Source of the DNA: Dickeya solani IPO 2222
GTDB taxonomy: Bacteria > Pseudomonadota > Gammaproteobacteria > Enterobacterales > Enterobacteriaceae
Direction: 5' to 3'
Length of the DNA: 32,000 nucleotides
NCBI RefSeq assembly: GCF_001644705.1
Contig: NZ_CP015137.1
Span: forward strand, 1,260,001-1,292,000
The translations under genes and the position numbers were made by a program. Positions 1-8,025 of the stretch are shown here, in pieces (within the stretch, counting starts at the first letter, position 1; each line of letters opens with the position of its first letter). The notes beneath the pieces were generated by a model. The model ran no database searches and was not told the DNA's origin. It saw only the letters and a list, made by a program, of their open reading frames with translations.

Positions 1-2379
1 GTAGGTCGCCGCCCCGGCGCCGGCGATGTTAATGGCGCTGCAACTGCCGTCGGACGCAACGGTACAACCGGCTGAGGCATTGCCGCGGCGGAACTGGCGT
101 TTGTCGAACAGATTGCTGACCCCGCCGGTCACGCTGACGTTCTTGGTGATGGCATAGGTGGCGCTGGTTCCCACCACCGCGTACGGGCTGAGCTCGTTCA
201 GTTCATCACCCGAAGCGGCCATGCCGCGATAGTTGTATTTCTTCGGTTTCTGACGGCCGTACCAGGTCAGCGTCGATTGCAACGACAGATCGTCCGTCGC
301 CTGCCAGCTCAGCGTAGAGTTCAGCGTGAACTCCGGCGTTACCGACAAAATATCGCCGGTGCTCTTGTTCTTCGAACGCAGCATCCAGGTGATATTGTTA
401 TTCCACTTGATGCTTTCCGACACCGGCACGTTCAGCGTACCTTCCAGCCCCTCGACTACCGCACGGGGAATGTTCTCCCAACGGTAGACATTGGTTTTAC
501 CGTTAGTGGTGATACCCACCGGCGTCAGCCCGGATTCAATCTTGTTGCGATAATCGTTGCGGAAATACGTCACACCGGCCTGATAGCCATTGCGCTTGAA
601 TTCAAGACCGATCTCTTTGTTGACGCTGGTTTCCGCCTTCAGCTCCTCGTTACCGATCAGATAACAGTTATTGCTGGCGCCGTTGATCAAATAGCAGCCC
701 TGCCCCCGGCTATAGAGCATATAGTTGGGGTTGACCTGGTACAGGTTGGGCGCTTTGTAAGCCTGCGCAATGCCCATTTTCAGGGTGAAATCATCACCCA
801 GACCTTGCGACAGATTCAGACCGGGGCTGACCTTGCTGCCCGCCAGCGAGTGGTAGTCAAAACGCAGCGCCGGGGTCAGCATGGTGCTTTGCGTCAGCTC
901 CACGTTATCTTCAGCGAACAGCGCGAAGGTATGGGCCTTGATATCACCGCTACGATTACTGCTGTTATAACCCGCAATCACACCGGTGGACGACATGTCA
1001 TACGAAGTGGAGCCGGGGTCCGTCATCCGCTGATCCGACGCCTCGATACCCAGGGTAGCGGTCTGGCTGAAGTACGCCTCAAACGGGATATTCACCTCGC
1101 TGTGGGCGGTCAGGGTATCCAGCTTGACGGTAGTGTAATCGCCAGCGGAAGAGAAAATCCCCTCGGTGCCGCCCGCCAGCCCCTCGCTGATACGGGTGTT
1201 CTGGGTGCGCTCGTATTGCAGATAAGACGTGGAGCTGACGCCGCTGTCCCAGAAGCCGCGATGCGTCACGGCATAGTTCTGCCGGTACATGCGATTGGTT
1301 TCTTTACCGTAGTTGCTGGCGACATAGTTGTTGGTGTTGGTGTTCTGGGTGTCGCCGGCATAGATATTGCCCTGGCGACTGGAGCCGACTTCAAACTCCA
1401 GCGACTGCTGTTTGGTGATATCCCAACGCAGCACGCCGTTGATATCCTTGTTGAGCACCCCTTCCCGGCCAGCCGGCACCGAACTGGCGTAGCTGCCGAT
1501 GCGAGCGGATTTATAGGGTTCGTTGATGTCGGCGGCATCCGCCTGCGTCTTGTTGAGGTTGCCGTACAACCGCAGGCTCAGGTTGTCGCTCAAGCCGCCG
1601 GACAGGCTGAAATCGGTGCGTTTGGTAGCGCCTTCCGCTTTATGTACCGGCGCATTGAAATAGGTATTCCAGCTGCCGTGCCACTCCTGGCCCGGTTGTT
1701 TGGTGATAATGTTGATCACCCCGCCCATCGCGCCGGAACCGTAGCGCGCCGCCGCCGGGCCGCGCAGCACTTCGATGCGCTCCACCATGTCGGACGGCAC
1801 CCAGTTGGTATCGCCGCGACTGTCGCGCTCGCCGCGCCAGCCGTAACGCACGGCATTGCGGCTGGACACCGGCTTGCCGTCCACCAGAATCAGGGTATTC
1901 TCCGGCCCCATGCCGCGAATATCGATCTGACGGTTGTTACCGCGCTGCCCGCTGCTGGAGTTACCGGTCAGGTTCACCCCCGGCTGGGTACGGATGATGT
2001 CAGACAGATCATTGGCAGGAGGGCGTTTAGCGATATCCTCGGCGGTAATCACCGATACCCCCGGCGCCTGACGCGTTTGCTCCGCCGCCGTCACCACCAT
2101 CGTATCACCCTGCGCCTGCCCGGCGTCGCCGGTCGAGGTGCCAGATGTAGTAGATGTAGTAGATGTGCCAGACGTAGTAGATGAGCCAGATGTAGTAGTC
2201 GCTGATGCCGTATTGGCCGCGGTTTTATTGGTCACGGTTGTCGCGGTTGTCGCGGTGGTCGCGGTGGTCGCTGTTGTCGTGTTGGCCAATGTGTCTGCCG
2301 CCCAGTTCAGGCCCGGGAAAGCCGCGCAACTTAACCCGATCAGCGTCGCCAGATAATGGCGTGGTCGTAGTGTTATCAT
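1..2379 (-). CDS. fepA: TonB-dependent outer-membrane catecholate-siderophore receptor, FepA-like (3' end runs off the window start; about 15 codons missing)
   Basis: The reverse frame starting at ATG 2379 has no stop down to position 1 (793 codons); a stop would have produced a listed ORF. My translation starts MITLRPRHYLATLIGLSCAAFPGLNWA (signal peptide). It has a TonB box DTMVVTA and plug motifs NSSSGQRGNNRQIDIRGMGPENTLILVDGKPVSSRN and RIEVLRGPAAARYGSGAMGGVINIITK that are nearly identical to E. coli FepA as remembered. The barrel end ...NLFDKRQFRRGNA...INIAGAGAATY matches the FepA C-terminal region. Orthology versus paralogy to fepA is not resolvable here. Confidence 0.85.
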   Translation of the reverse strand, partial: MITLRPRHYLATLIGLSCAAFPGLNWAADTLANTTTATTATTATTATTVTNKTAANTASATTTSGSSTTSGTSTTSTTSGTSTGDAGQAQGDTMVVTAAEQTRQAPGVSVITAEDIAKRPPANDLSDIIRTQPGVNLTGNSSSGQRGNNRQIDIRGMGPENTLILVDGKPVSSRNAVRYGWRGERDSRGDTNWVPSDMVERIEVLRGPAAARYGSGAMGGVINIITKQPGQEWHGSWNTYFNAPVHKAEGATKRTDFSLSGGLSDNLSLRLYGNLNKTQADAADINEPYKSARIGSYASSVPAGREGVLNKDINGVLRWDITKQQSLEFEVGSSRQGNIYAGDTQNTNTNNYVASNYGKETNRMYRQNYAVTHRGFWDSGVSSTSYLQYERTQNTRISEGLAGGTEGIFSSAGDYTTVKLDTLTAHSEVNIPFEAYFSQTATLGIEASDQRMTDPGSTSYDMSSTGVIAGYNSSNRSGDIKAHTFALFAEDNVELTQSTMLTPALRFDYHSLAGSKVSPGLNLSQGLGDDFTLKMGIAQAYKAPNLYQVNPNYMLYSRGQGCYLINGASNNCYLIGNEELKAETSVNKEIGLEFKRNGYQAGVTYFRNDYRNKIESGLTPVGITTNGKTNVYRWENIPRAVVEGLEGTLNVPVSESIKWNNNITWMLRSKNKSTGDILSVTPEFTLNSTLSWQATDDLSLQSTLTWYGRQKPKKYNYRGMAASGDELNELSPYAVVGTSATYAITKNVSVTGGVSNLFDKRQFRRGNASAGCTVASDGSCSAINIAGAGAATY
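2139..2280 (-). repeat. Two blocks of in-frame 9-bp tandem repeats encoding a Thr/Ser/Ala-rich tract in the receptor N-terminus
   Basis: Block A (2139-2201) has 7 units of type tagtagatg/tgccagatg. Block B (2236-2280) has 5 units, ggttgtcgc x2, ggtggtcgc x2 and tgttgtcgt. On the coding strand they give TTTATTATTATTATTVTNKTAANTASATTTSGSSTTSGTSTTSTTSGTSTG, located between the signal peptide and the TonB box. Confidence 0.9.
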
Positions 2380-2425
2380 CAAAGTCGCCCTGTATAAAGT
2401 AAAGTCAGCAACGAAAGGTGCTACT

Positions 2426-2444
2426 GAGAAGTATTTGCATTATC
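2426..2444. promoter_or_regulatory. Fur-box-like element in the receptor/AraC divergent region
   Basis: gagaagtatttgcattatc matches the 19-bp Fur consensus GATAATGATAATCATTATC at 13/19 by hand alignment. It contains an exact ATTATCA half-site. On the minus strand it overlaps a GATAAT -10-like hexamer. This is a weak match only. Confidence 0.3.
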
Positions 2445-2560
2445 ATGCAGGCGCGATCATTGTTACATTTGTTGTTCGGGATGGGGTTTGTATAAACCGC
2501 AAATTGCTTTGCGAAAGCGGCAAAATGGCCTGGAATAACCAGACAGAGCAAGGGGAAATC

Positions 2561-3547
2561 ATGCGTAATCATGTTCCGTCATCAGCATCCATTTATAAGA
2601 ACCAGATTATGCAGATGTCCAGCCTGGTCTCCAACCATTACCGTTTCCTCGGCCCTCAGGTGATTGATGAGACGCCGCTGCTGTTCGGCCATTTCAACGT
2701 CACGCCGCTGCACCGCGATTTGATTCTACACACCGCCGACGTTCTCAACCTGCACAGCATGCAAACCCAGACCACGCTGAACGGCGCGCTGAAGCTGGCG
2801 GTTGTCGTCAACGGCAACGCGCATATCAGTTATGGCGAACGGCGGCTGCATTTGGGCGAACACCAGCCGGCGTCGCTGGTTTCATTGACCGAACCCACGC
2901 TATTTAGCCGTTACGGCAAGCGTGACGGCTATGAGCGCACCGTTTCTCTGACCTTTAGCCGGGAATGGCTGTACGGCAACCTGATGGACAGCGTCGACGG
3001 CTGGCAGGCCATCTATGATTTCACCCAGACCCACCTGGCCACTCATCGCTGGATGCCATCGCGTCAGGCGCTGGCCGCCGCCTGGCAGATCCTTAACGCC
3101 GGCGCTTGCCAGACGCCGCTGCAACGCCTGTATCTGGAAACCCAGTGCATGACGCTGATTATCGAAGCGTTCAGTTCGCTCACCGAGCAGGCGTCGGCGG
3201 ATAAAACCGCACCGGGGTTGCCCCTGCGCCACCGCCAGCGGATGCAGCAGGTGAAAGAGATGCTGGAAAGCGGCGCCGCCGACCATCTTGCCATCGCCGA
3301 TATCGCCAAAAGCGTCAATATGAGCGAAAGCTCGCTGCAACGTTACTTCCGTCAGACCTTTGACATGACGGTGTTTGAATACCTGCGCAACTGCCGCCTG
3401 CAACGCGCCGTGCTGGCCATGCAGCGGGAAGGCGTCGGCATTGCTCAGGCCGCCAGCCTTGCCGGTTATACCAGCCCGGCCAATTTCGCCACCGCCCTGC
3501 GTCGCGTCTACGGGCTGACGCCGGGACAGTTGAAAAACCGCGTCTAA
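2561..3547 (+). CDS. AraC/XylS-family transcriptional regulator (siderophore-responsive PchR/YbtA-like architecture suspected)
   Basis: The C-terminal double HTH reads LAIADIAKSVNMSESSLQRYFRQTFDMTVFEYLRNCRLQRAVLAMQ...AGYTSPANFATALRRVYGLTPGQLK. I prefer the start at ATG 2561 (MRNHVP...) because of the RBS aggggaaatcATG; the ORF-track start 2435 has no RBS. The gene is divergent from the TonB-dependent receptor. Confidence 0.8.
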   Translation: MRNHVPSSASIYKNQIMQMSSLVSNHYRFLGPQVIDETPLLFGHFNVTPLHRDLILHTADVLNLHSMQTQTTLNGALKLAVVVNGNAHISYGERRLHLGEHQPASLVSLTEPTLFSRYGKRDGYERTVSLTFSREWLYGNLMDSVDGWQAIYDFTQTHLATHRWMPSRQALAAAWQILNAGACQTPLQRLYLETQCMTLIIEAFSSLTEQASADKTAPGLPLRHRQRMQQVKEMLESGAADHLAIADIAKSVNMSESSLQRYFRQTFDMTVFEYLRNCRLQRAVLAMQREGVGIAQAASLAGYTSPANFATALRRVYGLTPGQLKNRV

Positions 3548-3633
3548 GAAGCTGGCAGAAAAAATCACTATGCTTCGCGCGTCATTCGCGGCATTGTCTT
3601 TCTTCACATTTAAGCCACAGTACAGATATCGCC

Positions 3634-4965
3634 ATGTCCGCCCATTCCAGCATCACTAACCCACTGGCGTGCCTGATCGTCGCCTCCCAACCGGATACCG
3701 CCGTCATCGACCTTGCCCGCGACGGGGTGACGGATTTTATCGCCTGCGCGTTGCCGGTCTGGCATGGCGCGGTGGCGGACAGCGGGCTTGCGCCGCTGAA
3801 ATCGGTCTATCCCGGCCACGATAGCCAGACCCGCAGCCTGCTGCTGGGCTACGCTGGTCACGCGCTGGATTTTGACGATTTCCACTCCGGGTTTCGCGGC
3901 CACCCCGGCACGGTTATCCTGCCGGCTCTGCTGGCGTTGGCCGGCGAGCAGCCCGCGGTCACGGAAACGCAGTTTCTCACCGCCTATGCCATCGGCGTGG
4001 AAACCGCCGGCCGACTCGGGCTGGCTGCTGGCCCGCGCCATTACAGCCAGGGTTATCACAACACCGCCACGCTGGGCGCCATTGCCACGGCCGCCGCGAC
4101 CTGTCGCCTGACAGGCGCGACGCCCGACCAGACCGCCAATGCGCTGGGGCTCGCCGCCTCACAAGCCGCCGGGCTGCGCGCACAATTCGGCTCCGCCATG
4201 AAACCGCTGCACGCCGGACTGGCGGCGCGGGCCGGGTTAAGCGCCACCCAGTTGGCATTGGCGGGATTCCACGGCAATCACGACACCGTACTGGATGCGT
4301 TTCTCGCGGCACACGGCGACGGCCAGCATCACAGCAACGCCTTGATAACCGATTGGGGTAACCCGTGGCGCCTTGTTTCTCCCGGGCTGACCTTCAAGCG
4401 TTATCCCACCTGCGGCGGCACCCACAGCGCAGCGGAAGCGGCGTTTATCCTGCAAGAACAATGGTTGCAACGTTCCGGGCAATCGACAGACGACTTGCCC
4501 GCCGCCGTTGATCGCATCACGGTGACGTTCCCGCCGGGCGGCGACGCTGCACCGTTTATCCGGCAAGCCGCGACCGGCGTTGAAGGACGATTCAGCCTCG
4601 AATACGTGATTGCCGCTGCGTTGCTGGAAGGCGAGTTGCGGTTGGATCGTTTTACCGAAGGCCCGGTCGACCCTCGCATTGCCGCACTGGCAGACAAGGT
4701 ATCGCGTCAGGCAGACCCAAACGCCCCGCCGGATGAGCAGAACCCTGACGCCCGTTTTCATGACGTCAGTCTGTGGTTGAAAGACGGCTCGCGTCTTGAC
4801 GCCAGAGTTACCTGGCGGCAAACCGCGGCCGTAAAAACGGATGTCGCCGCCAAACTGCGTCAGACGCTAAGCCTGTTGCCGCAGTTAGCAGCTGACAAGG
4901 TACTCAGCCATTGTCAGTTGCGTACGCCCGGCTCTCTGGCGGCGCTGGTTCAGCTGCTGTCATAA
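3634..4965 (+). CDS. MmgE/PrpD-family protein (2-methylcitrate dehydratase superfamily; specific activity unknown)
   Basis: It is 443 aa with family-typical segments: N-terminal LARDGVTDFIACAL, GHALDFDDFH, FRGHPGTVILPALLALA and GYHNTATLGAIATAAATCRL. No prpB/prpC/prpE context is present. The RBS is weak. Confidence 0.75.
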   Translation: MSAHSSITNPLACLIVASQPDTAVIDLARDGVTDFIACALPVWHGAVADSGLAPLKSVYPGHDSQTRSLLLGYAGHALDFDDFHSGFRGHPGTVILPALLALAGEQPAVTETQFLTAYAIGVETAGRLGLAAGPRHYSQGYHNTATLGAIATAAATCRLTGATPDQTANALGLAASQAAGLRAQFGSAMKPLHAGLAARAGLSATQLALAGFHGNHDTVLDAFLAAHGDGQHHSNALITDWGNPWRLVSPGLTFKRYPTCGGTHSAAEAAFILQEQWLQRSGQSTDDLPAAVDRITVTFPPGGDAAPFIRQAATGVEGRFSLEYVIAAALLEGELRLDRFTEGPVDPRIAALADKVSRQADPNAPPDEQNPDARFHDVSLWLKDGSRLDARVTWRQTAAVKTDVAAKLRQTLSLLPQLAADKVLSHCQLRTPGSLAALVQLLS

Positions 4966-5013
4966 TCGTCGGCAGCGTTCCGTTGCCATGTGCTCGTCCA
5001 GGCGTCCGCCTTG

Positions 5014-6198
5014 CTAGCGTGTCGTACTCCCCGGCGGCGATGTCAGCCAGCGATCCAGCCACTGGAACACCGCCTCCTGTTGCTCCTGATAAAACACATG
5101 TCCCAGCTCCGGCCAGATTCGGGTTTCCAGCCGTTCGTCGGCATGCTGCGATTGCCACACCTGATGCATACGGTCATACGCCGCCTGCACCGCCTGTTGC
5201 GGGAACAAGGTGTCTTTGCCGCCGTTGAAGAACAGCATCGGCCGCGGCGCGGCAATACTGGCGACATCGGGGAAATCAAGACGAGCGGGCAATCCCGGAT
5301 GAAGCATGTAGAAGGAGGACTGACCGCGCAACACATTGTTGCCCGGCACCATCAACCCGTCATAGGTGCCAATCCACGAAATGGCCACCGTCGCGGCGAC
5401 CTTATCCGACAATGCCGCCAGTTGCCAGGCGCGGTAAGCGCCCATGGAAAACCCCACTACCCCGACTCGTTTCGGGTCGACCGAACGCAACGAAGCCAGA
5501 AAATCCAGTGAACGCATGTCTTCATACGCCAGCGTGCCCGCCAGCGAACGCCCCAGATTGAAGAAATTACTGGCCAGTGCCTGCTGCTGTTCGTACTTGA
5601 GCGGCCCGCGATCGCCCCACCCCAGCGCATCCACCGCCAGTACCACATAGCCCCGTTTCGCCAGTTCATCACCGACAAACCGACCGGTGAAGTAGCGGTC
5701 AGCCCAGGCGTTGGCGGAGGCTAAACGCGTGTCGTCGCCCCACGGTCGGATCATTTTTTCCTTGCCGATATCGAATTTCGCGCCGTGGTCATGCAGCAAT
5801 AACACCGCCGGGTGCGGCCCCGGCGTTTTCGGCGTCAGCAGTAACCCCGGCACCCGGCTTTCATCGGTCAGGTTGAAGGCGACCTTCTGCGCCACATAGC
5901 TGTCGCGATCCTGACTGTCGACAACCTGCGGTTCAAAAGCACGGTGGGAATCCGGCGTCAGCAGCAGCGAACGCACCACCTGGCGGGCATGTTGCCGCCA
6001 TTCGCCGAAGTGGGCATAACGCCCGGACAGCCACGAGTCGGTATAGGTCAGTTGCTGTTTCAGTTGCGGGTAAAACGTGGGCAACGCGTCATCCGTTACC
6101 GACGTCGTTGTATAGGAATGATCGTTTGCCATAAGCGGGGCGCTCGCCAGACAGCACATCAGAACACAGAGGGTACGACGTAATCCGCGTCTTTTCAT
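5014..6198 (-). CDS. Exported alpha/beta-fold hydrolase (esterase; dienelactone-hydrolase/acetyl-xylan-esterase-like)
   Basis: The start at ATG 6198 is preceded by ggagaataataATG. The signal peptide is MKRRGLRRTLCVLMCCLASAPLMA|ND. The nucleophile elbow is VVGFSMGAY, and a C-terminal His is found in ELGHVF. The HDHGAKFDIGKE and RGYVVLAVDALGWGDRG segments are typical of this fold. Confidence 0.7.
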   Translation of the reverse strand: MKRRGLRRTLCVLMCCLASAPLMANDHSYTTTSVTDDALPTFYPQLKQQLTYTDSWLSGRYAHFGEWRQHARQVVRSLLLTPDSHRAFEPQVVDSQDRDSYVAQKVAFNLTDESRVPGLLLTPKTPGPHPAVLLLHDHGAKFDIGKEKMIRPWGDDTRLASANAWADRYFTGRFVGDELAKRGYVVLAVDALGWGDRGPLKYEQQQALASNFFNLGRSLAGTLAYEDMRSLDFLASLRSVDPKRVGVVGFSMGAYRAWQLAALSDKVAATVAISWIGTYDGLMVPGNNVLRGQSSFYMLHPGLPARLDFPDVASIAAPRPMLFFNGGKDTLFPQQAVQAAYDRMHQVWQSQHADERLETRIWPELGHVFYQEQQEAVFQWLDRWLTSPPGSTTR

Positions 6199-6300
6199 TA
6201 TTATTCTCCAAAAATAAAACACTGTTCCTTTTCGGTGATTTTGATTGTAAATGAAGCAGATAACGCTGGCAGGGCGAGATTGGAATTCTGGGAGGCAGGT

Positions 6301-6329
6301 AAAAAAAAATCCGGCAACAAGTGCCGGAT
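6301..6329 (-). terminator. Rho-independent terminator of lpdA
   Basis: The minus strand reads atccggca-cttgt-tgccggat followed by ttttttttt. That is a perfect 8-bp stem, a 5-nt loop and a 9-T run. A second imperfect GC hairpin lies at 6358-6379, directly after the lpdA stop. Confidence 0.8.
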
Positions 6330-6386
6330 AGACATTGAAATAGCAAGAAATGTCGCGCCCCGCCGCGATAGCGACGGGGAAACGGA

Positions 6387-7811
6387 TTATTTCTTCTTCG
6401 CTTTCGGGTTCGGCAGGTCGGTAATGCTGCCTTCGAACACTTCAGCGGCCAGACCTACAGATTCGTGCAGCGTCGGGTGAGCGTGGATAGTCAGTGCGAT
6501 ATCTTCCGCATCACAGCCCATCTCGATCGCCAGGCCGATTTCACCCAGCAGCTCGCCGCCGTTGGTGCCGACAATCGCGCCACCGATCACACGGTGCGTT
6601 TCTTTGTCGAAAATCAGCTTGGTCATACCGTCGGAGCAGTCGGATGCAATCGCACGGCCAGACGCGGCCCACGGGAATACCGCGGTTTCGTAGCTGATGC
6701 CTTTTTCCTTCGCTTCTTTCTCGGTCAGGCCGACCCAGGCCACTTCCGGCTCGGTGTAAGCGATGGACGGGATCACCTTCGGATCGAAGTAGTGTTTCTT
6801 GCCCGAGATGACTTCGGCTGCCACGTGGCCTTCATGCACGCCTTTGTGCGCCAGCATCGGCTGACCGACGATGTCGCCGATGGCGTAGATGTGCGGCACG
6901 TTGGTACGCATCTGTTTGTCGACGCGGATGAAACCGCGATCGTCAACTTCCACGCCAGCCTGACCGGCATCCAGCAGTTTGCCGTTCGGTACGCGGCCGA
7001 TAGCCACCAGCACCGCGTCATAACGCTGCGGTTCCGCCGGCGCTTTCTTGCCTTCCATCGACACGTAGATACCGTCTTCTTTGGCTTCTACCGCGGTCAC
7101 TTTGGTTTCCAGCATCAGGTTGAATTTCTTGCTGATACGCTTGGTGAAGACTTTGACGATGTCTTTGTCGGCAGCCGGGATCACCTGATCGAACATTTCA
7201 ACCACGTCGATCTGTGAACCCAGCGCATGATACACGGTGCCCATTTCCAGACCGATGATACCGCCGCCCATCACCAGCAGGCGTCCAGGGACGCTCTTCA
7301 ACTCCAGCGCATCGGTGGAATCCCACACGCGCGGGTCTTCATGCGGAATGAACGGCAGCTGAATCGGACGGGAACCGGCCGCGATGATAGCGTTGTCGAA
7401 GTTCACCGTGGTGCTGCCGCTTTCGCCTTCCACCACCAGGGTGTTCGGGCCGGTAAATTTACCAAAACCGTTGACCACTTTGACTTTACGGCCTTTGGCC
7501 ATACCAGCCAGACCACCGGTCAGCTGATTGATAACTTTTTCTTTCCAGGTGCGAATCTTATCGATATCGGTCTGCGGTTCGCCAAACACGATGCCGTGCT
7601 CAGCCAGCGCTTTGGCTTCTTCGATAACTTTCGCCACATGCAGCAGTGCTTTGGAGGGGATACAGCCTACGTTCAGACATACGCCGCCCAGCGTGGAGTA
7701 GCGCTCGACCAGCACGGTGTCCAGACCCAAGTCTGCACAACGGAACGCCGCGGAGTAACCTGCAGGGCCCGCGCCAAGTACCACCACCTGAGCTTTAATT
7801 TCAGTACTCAT
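6387..7811 (-). CDS. lpdA: Dihydrolipoyl dehydrogenase (E3 of the pyruvate and 2-oxoglutarate dehydrogenase complexes)
   Basis: MSTEIKAQVVVLGAGPAGYSAAFRCADLGL...CLNVGCIPSKALLH...PNPKAKKK is near-identical to E. coli Lpd. I prefer the second ATG (7811) because of aagaggtcATGATG spacing and the E. coli N-terminus. Confidence 0.97.
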   Translation of the reverse strand: MSTEIKAQVVVLGAGPAGYSAAFRCADLGLDTVLVERYSTLGGVCLNVGCIPSKALLHVAKVIEEAKALAEHGIVFGEPQTDIDKIRTWKEKVINQLTGGLAGMAKGRKVKVVNGFGKFTGPNTLVVEGESGSTTVNFDNAIIAAGSRPIQLPFIPHEDPRVWDSTDALELKSVPGRLLVMGGGIIGLEMGTVYHALGSQIDVVEMFDQVIPAADKDIVKVFTKRISKKFNLMLETKVTAVEAKEDGIYVSMEGKKAPAEPQRYDAVLVAIGRVPNGKLLDAGQAGVEVDDRGFIRVDKQMRTNVPHIYAIGDIVGQPMLAHKGVHEGHVAAEVISGKKHYFDPKVIPSIAYTEPEVAWVGLTEKEAKEKGISYETAVFPWAASGRAIASDCSDGMTKLIFDKETHRVIGGAIVGTNGGELLGEIGLAIEMGCDAEDIALTIHAHPTLHESVGLAAEVFEGSITDLPNPKAKKK

Positions 7812-7994
7812 CATGACCTCTTAATTAATTTCCGGCGGGTCTGTGACGTCATTGTTGTTGAGTCTTAACGCCCTCTTCCACCGGGACGTGTCTTTGCCGC
7901 GGTAGTTTACAAAATCGTTAACAATTTTGAAACAACAAGCGACTAACGATTTGTCCTTAATCACTGATAGCGGTAACAAAGAACAGCTTATCAG

Positions 7995-8022
7995 AAAAAA
8001 GCCGGCCGTCAGGCCGGCTTTT
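7995..8022 (-). terminator. Rho-independent terminator after aceF (upstream of the lpdA promoter region)
   Basis: The minus strand reads aaaagccggcc-tgac-ggccggctttt followed by ttct. That is an 11-bp stem and a 4-nt loop with a T-run, 4 nt after the aceF stop. Confidence 0.7.
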
Positions 8023-8025
8023 CGA

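Noticed and set aside
277-2184. 635-aa plus-strand ORF (with the smaller ORFs 2138-2356 and 2205-2402) across the receptor region
   Set aside because: It is antisense to a reading frame that translates into a near-perfect FepA homologue. The product is Arg/Gly/Val/Ala-rich with no recognisable motif, which is typical of a mirror ORF in GC-rich DNA. The small ORFs merely mirror the Thr/Ser repeat tract.
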